Shown: positions 10,922 through 22,938 of the stretch, one piece after another | Position numbering within the stretch: the first letter of the stretch is position 1 | How the letters are laid out: each line of letters begins with the position of its first letter | Source: Octopus sinensis | Taxonomy: Eukaryota | Assembly: GCF_006345805.1 (NCBI RefSeq) | Contig: NW_021833188.1 | Location: forward strand, 1 to 28,698 | Reading direction: 5' to 3' | Length of the DNA stretch: 28,698 bases | Notes under the pieces: model-generated | The model's database searches: none | Told to the model about the DNA's origin: nothing | Seen by the model: only the letters and a program-made list of their open reading frames with translations | Translations under genes and position numbers: made by a program

Positions 10922-11165
10922 GAGGTGCGTGGCTTAGTGGCAGGCTGTTGGATTCTGATCGTAAGATTGTGGTTTCGATTCCTTGACCGGACGACGCGTT
11001 GTGTTCTTGAGCAAAACACTTCGTTTCACGTTGCTTCCGTTTGCTCAGCAGGAATAAAAAGAGTAATACTGTGACTAACTGGCGTCCGGTACTCGTAGGG
11101 ATTATATAAGCAATGGAAACTGGGAAATTGGCCCCATGAATTTGTATGACTCGGGAAGGAACTAA
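10922..11165 (+). mobile_element. SINE family C, diverged copy
   Basis: GAGGTGCGTGGCTTAGTGG...GATCGTAAGATTGTGGTTTCGATTCC...GCGTTGTGTTCTTGAGCAAAACACTTC aligns with 19532-19770. Confidence 0.85.
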
Positions 11166-11443
11166 TTTTAAAAAATTCTTATAAACTGGGTATTGAATCC
11201 AAAGATTGGAAATAGTTGCCCATAGTTACCCTTTTTGATTTTTAAAGAGATATTCGTATCACTAAGGTAGCTGATCTCTCTGATGGTACATAGGACTTCT
11301 GGTTTGTCTCAAACAATGATATTCGGTTCGTTATGCTTGCAGTTGAAAAAAAAAAGGCTTTGAAAAGAATGTTCTACAAATATTACTTATGTTGATGTCT
11401 ATGGGGATATTCAATAACAAGGGAATTCTCTAACTTTATCCCA

Positions 11444-11836
11444 AGGAGTGGCTGTGTGGTAAGTAGCTTGCTTACTAACCGCATGGTTCCGGGTTCAGTC
11501 CCATTGCGTGGCAAATTGGGCAAGTACCTTCTACTATAGCCTCGGGCCGACCAAAGTCTTGTGAGTGGATTTGGTAGACGGAAACTGAAAGAAGCCCGTC
11601 GTATATATGTATATATATTTATGTATGTATGTGTATATGTTTGTGTGTCTGTGTTTGTCCCCCACCCCGGCATCGCTTGACAACCGTCCCCGTAACTTGG
11701 CAGTTCGGCAAAAGAGGCCGATAGAATAAGTACTAGGCTTACAAAGAATAAGTCCTGGGGGTCGATGTGCTCGACTAAAGGCGGTGCTCCAGCATGGCTG
11801 CAGTCAAATGACAGAAACAAGTAAAAGAGTAAAAGA
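11444..11836 (+). mobile_element. SINE family B, near full length with internal (TA)/(TG) microsatellite
   Basis: Head AGGAGTGGCTGTGTGGTAAGTAGCTTGC...GGTTCCGGGTTCAGTCCC, core CTTGGGCAAG-like segment, and 3' tail GACAGAAACAAGTAAAAGAGTAAAAGA. Colinear with 14535-14918. Confidence 0.92.
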
Positions 11837-12158
11837 TACATTATTTTGTTCCGAAAGACCTTCGGAATAGTGTTTTTGCAACAACGTCTTGCGCATTGAA
11901 GGGTAGTATTTTGATGATGTCTTCGGCAGTTGCTGATCGCATGTGATGTCTTCCACAACAATGTGACATAATCTACATTTTCGGTGCCATCTTGGGGCTC
12001 CAAGACCATCACTATTTTTCAGCTGGCAAATATATCTGGGGCCTGTGTATTTCAAAGGCCCTTGTGGTGTACTGTGTCACGCTGAATCTCCTCCAGAACT
12101 TTGTTAAGCGTATTCGTATCTATGGAATGCTCAATTAATTTCACGAGCAAGCCGTTCT

Positions 12159-12385
12159 GGCGAGCTGGCAGAATCGTTAGCACGCCGGGCGAAATGCGTA
12201 GCCGTATTTCGTCTGTCGCTACGTTCTGAGTTCAAATTCCGCCGAGGTCGACTTTGCCTTTCATCCTTTCGGGGTCGATAAATTAAGTACCAGTTACGCA
12301 CTGGGGTCAATGTAATCGACTTAGTCCCTTTGTTAGTCCTTGTTTGTCCCCTTTACGTTTAGCCCCTTGTGGGCAATAAAGAAAT
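12159..12385 (+). mobile_element. SINE family A, full length
   Basis: GGCGAGCTGGCAGAATCGTTAG (A-box-like) and GAGTTCAAATTCC (B-box-like), followed by the conserved body shared with at least 7 other copies in the window. Confidence 0.92.
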
Positions 12386-12472
12386 AGGTATCAACTGGAA
12401 TCCTCGTCGTCCTGACCGACGGAGTGCCAGTATGTACGTATCTATGGAAGCACATATATGCATGTACGTATG

Positions 12473-12509
<37 letters not shown>

Positions 12510-12710
12510 GAGAGTGAGAGTGAGAGAGATGAATATATGAAGTTATGTAGGTTATATAAAGCTTTGTGCGTTTTTATCTGTGTTTGTACAAACATTTTAA
12601 CAATTCGAAAGCCATGACCTCCTAAGCGGAATATTAGCATTTATTTATAGAAGAAGAGGAGGGATGTTAAAATATAACAAAATAAAACACCTGACAGTTT
12701 CAATCTTGGC

Positions 12711-12744
12711 TAATTAACAGAGCTAATTAACACATATAATTAAC
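12711..12744. promoter_or_regulatory. Three TAATTAAC homeodomain-type sites at exact 13-bp spacing
   Basis: TAATTAAC at 12711, 12724 and 12737 in otherwise unique sequence. Confidence 0.25.
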
Positions 12745-13048
12745 CCGGCTACTCTGTTTGTATTGCTAATAAAGGAATGAAAATGTAAAAGATGCAAAAA
12801 AAAAAAACAACAACACAAATCATACCATCAAAAATGAACTGCATAAATAACACACACACACATCACACACACACACACACATATATATATACACATGCGA
12901 AATACACCACAGAAACGCAGAGAAAGGCATACATATACGAACATATACATACACATACTTACATATAGGCATACAAGTACATAAAAACATATACATACAC
13001 CACTAGTAAACGAACTGGGAAGATAATAACCACGCACATACGTAGGCA

Positions 13049-13049
13049 A

Positions 13050-13119
<70 letters not shown>

Positions 13120-13128
13120 GTATCTATC

Positions 13129-13167
<39 letters not shown>

Positions 13168-13190
13168 CATCTATCCATCTATTCATCTAT
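13049..13190. repeat. (TATC)n tetranucleotide repeat
   Basis: Visible directly. Confidence 0.92.
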
Positions 13191-13362
13191 TTGCCTTCTC
13201 TCTTTCACACACTCTCTCTCTCTCTCCTTACACACACACACACACAAACGTTCATGCATGCGTAGTTACATTTACATACGCAGGAAGCAATAAATTATCA
13301 GAGACCCGAGCAAATGGCCTCTAGTTTGCTTTGATTTCGTTACATCTAATTACATATTGGGT

Positions 13363-13610
13363 GGAGGCGCGTGACTTTGTGGTCAGGGTGTCAGCATCAT
13401 AATCGTAAGATTGTGGTTTCGATTCCTGGACCGGGTGAAGCGTTGTATTCTTGAGCAAAACACTTCATTGAACGTTGCTCCAGTCCACTCAACTGGCAAA
13501 AATGAGTAACGCTGCAATGGACTGGCGTCCAGTCCAGCTGGGGAACATATACGCCATAGAAACCGTGAAACCAGGCCCATGAGTCTGGTTAGGCTTTAAA
13601 AAGGCGCACT
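13363..13610 (+). mobile_element. SINE family C, full length
   Basis: Colinear and highly similar to 19532-19770; ends GGCTTTAAAAAGGCGCAC. Confidence 0.9.
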
Positions 13611-14534
13611 TAGTATTTTTTTTATTAAGTGGAGTTCGAAGTACACCGAAAGGGCAACCGGTGTAAAAAAAAATCTGCCTAAAATAGCCGTCTGACCCAT
13701 GCAAATATCGAAAAAAGGACGTTAAGCAGCGACAGTAATGACGATACACACACACTCAGACAGACTCGTACAGACACACACACTGACATTTACTCACCCA
13801 GGATCGCAAATACTCCCGCTTCACGGGCACACAGATAGACAGACAGACACTCACGCACTCACACAAACACAAACCCTCACACACACACCGCACACACTTT
13901 CGACAGTTCCTCTTGTATTCTTGTATCGCTAATCCTTTATATTATGTCACAAGAACGAGTTATTCCTCACCAGACTCCACGATATGAAGAGAATAGCTAA
14001 TAACAATATACACTGTTTTCGTGTTTTCTTCTCATTTTTCTATCTCCCCAGATTTAATCTGTGTCTAACGATAGAGCATTTGTCTGTCAATCTATGTAGC
14101 GTCTGGGTGTCTATCAATTTACGAATCTCTCTTGATATCTTTCTTATTTTATATCCGTTTACACACACATATATATATTTACTATCTCTTGTTTATAAAT
14201 CTCTATGTCTTACTTTCTTACCCTCTTTTTACTATCACACCATGACGCACTCCCCCTCTCCTTCTCTCAGTCTTTCTCTCTGCCTCTCTCTGTCACATTT
14301 CTTTATCTCCCCCTCTCTCTTCATACACATATATATTAATATGCATACCTCCCTCCTACACATACACATATGCTTCTATATATATTCATATGTATACACA
14401 CAGCACTACGATCCCAGTTCTTGAAAACGAGTCAACGAAACTTTAACTTGCACAAGGCCAAATCAAACTGAATAACAACAGCAACATCAACAACAACAAC
14501 AATAATAATGATTATTATGATATAAATATCTATA

Positions 14535-14918
14535 GGCGTCGGATAATATAGATATCTATGTGTGCTAGTAGCTTGCTTATCTACCATATGGTTCCAGGTT
14601 CAGTCCCACTGCGTAGCACCTTCGGCAAGTGCCTTCTGCTATAGCCTCGGGCCAACCAAATCCTTGTGAGTGGATTTGGTAGACGGAAACTGAAAGAAGC
14701 TCGTCGTATATATGTATGTGTGTGTGTGTTTGTGTGTCTGTGTTTGTCCCCTCAACATCGCTTGACAACCGATGCTGGTGTGTTTACGTCCCCGTAACTT
14801 AGAACAAGTACTAGGCTTACAAAGAATAAGTCCAGGGTTTCGATTAGCTCGATTAAAGGCGGTGCTAAAGCATGGCCGCAGTCAAATGATAGAAACAAGT
14901 AAAAGAGAGTAAAAAAGA
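14535..14918 (+). mobile_element. SINE family B, near full length
   Basis: Colinear with 11444-11836 and retains the GATGCTGGTGTGTTTAC segment deleted in that copy. Confidence 0.9.
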
Positions 14919-15104
14919 TGTATATTTATATATATGTATATGCATGCATACGTGTTTACATTCGAAACGCGTAGTAGATAAAACAGGGGTCAACCCATAT
15001 TTGAAAAAAATGTTTTTTTTATGGTTTTGTTTTTTATTTTCTTGTTTCTCATTCTGTCTACGTTTTTTTACGTCATGTACCCATCTATGCATGTATATAT
15101 ACAT

Positions 15105-17285
<2,181 letters not shown>

Positions 17286-17438
17286 CAATTTAACAGACAG
17301 TATTATAATCAGGAAAAAAGAAAAAAGATAAAGAATGAAAATTAATAACTTTAAATCCTATAATTAAAAGTAACAATTAGCTGAAACAACTGACACAATT
17401 TAACGAAATTGTATTACCCGGAGATATAAAGTAAACAT

Positions 17439-17657
17439 GCTTTTAGTAAATTGTTTTATTAAGTTCTTTTAGTAAAGTGTTTTAATCAAGACTTTAGTAT
17501 TATCTTTTCGTAGGTAGGGTCAATTAGTAGAGGCTTTTAGCAAAGGGTTTTAAGATCAGCTTTTAGTCCTCCATTGTAGGCTTTTAATATCGGCTTTCAG
17601 TAAAGTCTTTTAGTAAAGCGTTTGCGTAGAGTCTCTAAGGAGTGACTCTTAGTAAAT
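17439..17657. repeat. Old degenerate tandem repeat of a ~12-13-bp CTTTTAGTAAAG motif
   Basis: About 10 imperfect copies of (G/T)CTTTTAGTAAA and GTTTTAA variants. Confidence 0.6.
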
Positions 17658-18170
17658 TGTGGTAAGAACTATGTGGCTTGGAAGCCACATAGTTCCAGGT
17701 TCAATCCCACTGTGTGGCACGTTGGGAAAGTGTCTTTTATTATAACGTCGGATAACTTTGGGTCGACTAAAGTCTTCTGAGTGGATTTGGCAGACGGAAA
17801 CTGAAAGAAACCCGCCATGTATGTGTGTGTGTGAAGTGTGTGCGTGCGTGTGCGAGTTTGTATATGTGTGTATGTGCCTTTGTGTGTGTGTGTATGTGTA
17901 TGTATGTGTGTGAATATGTATGTGGGTGTCAGTGTGTATCTATGTGTGTACTTTTCTATCTGTGTTTGAGTGTGAATGTGTGTGTGTGAGTGTGTATGTG
18001 TGTGTGTGCCTTTGTGTCTGTATGTGTGAGTGTGAACCTGTGTGTGCCTTTGTGTCTGTGTGTGTGAATGTGTATGTGTGTGTGCCTTTGTGTCTGTTTG
18101 TCCCTCTCACCACCACTTGACAACCAGTATTTATGTGTTTACGTCCCCGTAGCTTAGCAGTTCAGCAAAA
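17638..18170 (+). mobile_element. SINE family B with expanded internal (TG)-rich tract, truncated at the minisatellite
   Basis: Head and core match 11444. The internal TG tract is ~280 bp. The copy stops at CAGTTCAGCAAAA, where the other copies continue GAGGCCGATAGAATAAGTACTAGG. Confidence 0.85.
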
Positions 18171-19470
18171 GTACTGCGAGGTATCACCGTATACAATTTC
18201 AGATGAATTAAACACGTAATGCGAGGTATCACCGTATACAATTTCGGATGAATTAAGCTCGTACTGCGAGGTATCACCGTATGTAATTTCGGATGAATTA
18301 AGCTCGTACTGCGAGGTATCACCGTATACAATTTCGGATGAATTAAACTCGTACTGCGAGGTATCACCGAATACAATTTCGGATGAATTAAGCTCGTACT
18401 GCGAGGTATCACCGTATACAATTTCGGATGAATTAAACTCGTACTCTAGGTATCACCGTGTACAATTTCAGATGAATTAAACTCGTACTGCGAGGTATCA
18501 CCGTATACAATTTCGGATGAATTAAACTCGTACTGCGAGGTATCACCGTATACAATTTCGGATGAATTAAGCTCGTACTGCGAGGTATCACCGTATACAA
18601 TTTCGTAGGAATTAAGCTCATACTGCGAGGTATCACCGTATACAATTTCGGATGAATTAAGCTCGTACTGCGAGGTATCACCGTATACAATTTCGGATGA
18701 ATTAAGCTCGTACTGCGAGGTATCACCGTATACAATTTCGGATGAATTAAACTCGTACTCTAGGTATCACCGTGTACAATTTCGGATGAATTAAACTCGT
18801 ACTGCGAGGTATCACCGTATACAATTTCGTATGAATTAAGCTCGTACTGCGAGGTATCACCGTATACAATTTCGTAGGAATTAAGCTCGTACTGCGAGGT
18901 ATCACCGTGTACAATTTCGGATGAATTAAACTCGTACTGCGAGGTATCACCGTATACAATTTCGTAGGAATTAAGCTCGTACTGCGAGGTATCACCGTAT
19001 ACAATTTCGGATGAATTAAGCTCGTACTGCGAGGTATCACCGTATACAATTTCGGATGAATTAAGCTCGTACTGCGAGGTATCACCGTATACAATTTCGG
19101 ATGAATTAACTCGTACTCTAGGTATCACCGTGTACAATTTCGGATGAATTAAACTCGTACTGCGAGGTATCACCGTATACAATTTCGTATGAATTAAGCT
19201 CGTACTGCGAGGTATCACCGTATACAATTTCGTAGGAATTAAGCTCGTACTGCGAGGTATCACCGTGTACAATTTCGGATGAATTAAACTCGTACTGCGA
19301 GGTATCACCGTATACAATTTCGTAGGAATTAAGCTCGTACTGCGAGGTATCACCGTATACAATTTCGTTGGAATTAAGCTCGTACTGCGAGGTATCACTG
19401 TATACAATTTCAGATGAATTAAGCTCGTACTGCGAGGTATCGCCGTATAGAATTTCAGAGAAATTAACAA
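18171..19470. repeat. 45-bp minisatellite, 29 units (consensus GTACTGCGAGGTATCACCGTATACAATTTCGGATGAATTAAGCTC)
   Basis: Units counted by hand. 44-bp GTACTCTAG variants start at 18441, 18755 and 19113. Edge units are the most diverged. Confidence 0.97.
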
Positions 19471-19531
19471 AATGCATGCATATTTGGAGTACTTTAGATC
19501 ATATATATGGAGTACTTTGGAGTATATATAT

Positions 19532-19770
19532 GGAGGCGCGTGGCTTAGTGGTTAGGGTGTCAGCATCATGATCGTAAGATTGTGGTTTCGATTCCTGGAC
19601 TGGGCGACGCGTTGTGTTCTGGAGCAAAACACTTCATTTCACGTTGCTCCAGTCCACTCAGCTGGCAAAAATGAGTAACGCTGCGATGGACTGGCGTCCC
19701 GTCCAGCTGGGGGACACATACGCCATAGAAACCGGGAAACTGGGCCCATGAGCCTGGCTAGGCTTTAAAA
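19532..19770 (+). mobile_element. SINE family C flanked by a 15-bp direct repeat (probable target-site duplication)
   Basis: GGAGGCGCGTGGCTTAGTGGTTAGGG...GGTTTCGATTCCTGG head. TTTGGAGTATATATA occurs at 19516-19530 and 19772-19786. Confidence 0.93.
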
Positions 19771-20077
19771 TTTTGGAGTATATATACTTTGGAGCATATA
19801 TGCTTTTGTGCGAATGTATGTATGTATGTATGTATGTATGTGGTGTGTATTTGTGAGTCTTTATGTGTGTGGATAGAGATAGAGTCAGTGTATGTTCGTT
19901 TTAATTTTTTGTATTTTTATTATTTTTTTAATGGTAATCTGTAAGAATTATCTCGACAGGGATGACGATTTCTAGATAGACAGGGATATCGTATCTTAGA
20001 AAGAAAGCACGAAAAATATCCCTGTGGATACATACAAAGAGAAAGAGGAAACAGAAGCTGAGAGAAGAGAGATTAGG

Positions 20078-20111
<34 letters not shown>

Positions 20112-20361
20112 AAGTGAGAAAGCGGGAAGATTTAGAGTAGACATCGAAGACATGTTCACTTCACGAGCCACCGTCCGCCTCTCGTCGGCTCAACCTATCC
20201 AATAAATTGTGATACGAACCCCGCCTCGTTAACACATTCGTCCTCAAACTGAGACCAGTAAAAATTGTTGACACCCCAGTTATGTTGTATTTATTACGCT
20301 TGTGACCTTTCTTAGCAGATTGCTACGGTGATTATGTATGCGAATATATATATGTGTGGGA

Positions 20362-20396
<35 letters not shown>

Positions 20397-20498
20397 CACA
20401 CATACAAACACAGACATGTGTGTATCAGTGTGTACATGTACATATATGTATACACATGTATATACGTTCATATATGTACGTTTATATATATATATATA

Positions 20499-20530
20499 CA
20501 TACACACGCACACATTTACATGCACATATA

Positions 20531-20584
<54 letters not shown>

Positions 20585-20679
20585 CACACGCACACATATA
20601 CATGCACATATATATATGTATATATATATATTATATATATATATATACACATACACACGCACACATATACATGCACATA

Positions 20680-20727
<48 letters not shown>

Positions 20728-20730
20728 TGT
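20499..20730. repeat. Three-copy tandem unit CATACACACGCACACAT(A/T)TACATGCACATATATATATGTA with a variable (TA)n spacer
   Basis: The same ~40-nt cassette occurs at ~20499, ~20581 and ~20650. Confidence 0.75.
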
Positions 20731-20921
20731 ACGTATACACTCCCGCATATGCGCACATACGTTGATTTCTGCCGGACGAATAAAGAGAAGTGCTCAATAC
20801 ACGTACAGCGTAGAGAATATGGTTTTTATTGAGACTGAAATCTGGAGTTTCATGTCACTGCGATCTTCACGCGAGAACTATATATACTTTCTAGAGATAA
20901 TTACACACACACACACACACG

Positions 20922-20989
<68 letters not shown>

Positions 20990-21699
20990 CTCACACACAC
21001 ATACATATTCAAAGACCTGCAAAGCGTAGTACAATAACGACGAGATGGGGGAAACTTTATTTTGAAACTTTATAAAATCTTATTGCTAACATTAGAGAGA
21101 TTCATGCCCAGAGTGCATCTAATGTATTGAAGACGTTGACCTAAATTTTACTAATTACCAATTCGAAGAATTTAGCATAGTTTTCAACCATGTGGTCCTT
21201 CTAAAATGTTGGTCTAGTTTTTATTTAATCAATAATTGTGATATATTTACCCAGATTCTATTTACTTTTTCCAGTGTTTGACCAGCTTTCAATTATTTAG
21301 ACGTTGTTCTAGTTTTGATTTACGGTCTGTATGTCGTTGGTCCAGTTTCTCAGATATTTCTTGTTGGCATGCGAAATAAATGAATTTGATATCTTACGCA
21401 CACAAACAAAAACCCCACATCCACACACGTGTGCGTCTGTATGAATGTCAGTATATGAGTGTGTGTGTGTGTGTGTGTGTGTGTGTATTTCACTGAATCG
21501 TATACTGATAATTAACTATCCTTAGGCTTACATGATTTTTCACACGCTCGTCCAATGCAGTGTTTGATATAACTGGATAAATATATAACTATACTCTTGA
21601 GTATGAATTGAATACTTTTTCTCTTCTTTATTAAAAACAATGTATATATGTATTGTTAAAGGCGTTAAAGGCATTCATTATATTCACATATATATATAG

Positions 21700-21769
<70 letters not shown>

Positions 21770-21782
21770 ATATGTATATATA

Positions 21783-21988
21783 CTTTATTTAAAAGCAGCA
21801 GAAATTCAGCAAAACCTGTTACTCGGAGTTTCACGTTCCTGTTCGTCGGACAGTTCGTCGGACAGTCCATCGCAGAGTAACAGGTGTTGTTGAATTTCTG
21901 CTGCTTTTAAATAAAGCATATTACTCTACCCCTGGTATTTGAGTACTCCTTTTTTCCACCTTGTTTCACATTTATGTGTTTACTCCGG

Positions 21989-21990
<2 letters not shown>
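21783..21990. mobile_element. Small foldback element with 42-bp inverted repeat, Penelope-like pseudo-LTR or retrozyme-type, between microsatellites
   Basis: 21783-21824 and 21875-21916 are reverse complements at 40/42 positions. The 50-nt loop contains GTTCGTCGGACA twice. The right arm continues ~75 nt further. Each arm has AATAAA. Flanks are (TATC)n/(TA)n. Confidence 0.6.
21816..21853 (-). ncRNA. Minimal type I hammerhead ribozyme motif (U4C core variant)
   Basis: Minus strand reads CUGU-CCGACGA-ACAGGAACGU-GAA-ACUC(C)GAGU-A-ACAG. Stem I CUGU/ACAG; core C[C]GACGA...GAAA; stem II A-U, C-G around a GGAA loop; palindromic stem III; GUA triplet with predicted cleavage between 21820 and 21819. 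Confidence 0.65.
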
Positions 21991-22049
<59 letters not shown>

Positions 22050-22309
22050 GTATTTATAGGAATGTATGTACACACACAGGTATACAGAGTACCATAAAAA
22101 ACTATATTGCGCTTGGCCATGTCACTTAATTTCGTAGACGTGACGTAGGTTCTTGTGTGTTCATTGTAATACAATTTCAGTCGAAAGGGGCAGTTTAAGA
22201 GCCATACAAATGGCGATGGCTATAAATATAATTTTATCCCTCTTCTAATCTCCTCCTTCTCTCTCCCTCTTTCACTCTCTTATCTCTCTCTCTCCCACTC
22301 TCCGTCTCC

Positions 22310-22343
<34 letters not shown>

Positions 22344-22433
22344 TTATATCATCTCTTCTCGTCTTTAGTGAAACATTCTTTCCAGATAATGATATCCCGT
22401 TCTTGCTCAAACAATTATTTTCCCTTAAACACT

Positions 22434-22445
22434 GCCGCCATTTTG
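22434..22445 (+). promoter_or_regulatory. Perfect extended YY1/Pho consensus GCCGCCATTTTG
   Basis: Exact 12-mer in a unique island between (CT)n and (CA)n tracts; function not shown. Confidence 0.3.
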
Positions 22446-22458
22446 ACAACATTCTTCG

Positions 22459-22493
<35 letters not shown>

Positions 22494-22684
22494 CTCTCTC
22501 TCTCTCTCTCTCTCTTCACACACACACATATACATATGTGTATGTATATTTGTATATGTATATAAATATCTATTTACACATGTATGTGTATGTATGTATG
22601 TATGTATGTATGTATGTATGTATGTATGTATGTATGTATGTATGTATGTGTCTATCTGTCTATCTGTATTCTTATATTCTTTCA

Positions 22685-22845
22685 CTGGTGCTTCACCTTT
22701 AGTCGAACGAATCGGCCCCAGACCTTATTCTTTGTAAGCCTAGTACTTCTTCTATCGGTTACTTTTGTCGCCGAACTGCTAAGTTACGGGAACATAAACA
22801 CACCAACATCGGTCGTCAAGCGATGGTAGTTGGACAAACATAGCA
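22685..22845 (-). mobile_element. SINE family B, 3' half
   Basis: CTTATTCTTTGTAAGCCTAGTACTT...GCCGAACTGCTAAGTTACGGG...CACCAACATCGGTCGTCAAGCG is the reverse complement of the family B 3' module. Confidence 0.85.
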
Positions 22846-22846
22846 T

Positions 22847-22938
<92 letters not shown>

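Noticed and set aside
11383-12160. 209-aa ORF or LINE fragment
   Set aside because: Most of the ORF is antisense family B SINE, and the unique part (11840-12160) has stops and no motif I can recognise.
13640-13675. ACACCG...CGGTGT hairpin as a terminator
   Set aside because: A 6-bp stem is expected by chance, and intrinsic terminators do not apply in this eukaryotic context.
18171-19470. CRISPR array
   Set aside because: Units are contiguous with no unique spacers, there are no cas genes, and the context is eukaryotic.
18171-19470. Hammerhead array (CGGATGA/CAGATGA resembles CUGAUGA)
   Set aside because: No GAAA follows on the same strand and no stems I-III can be drawn.
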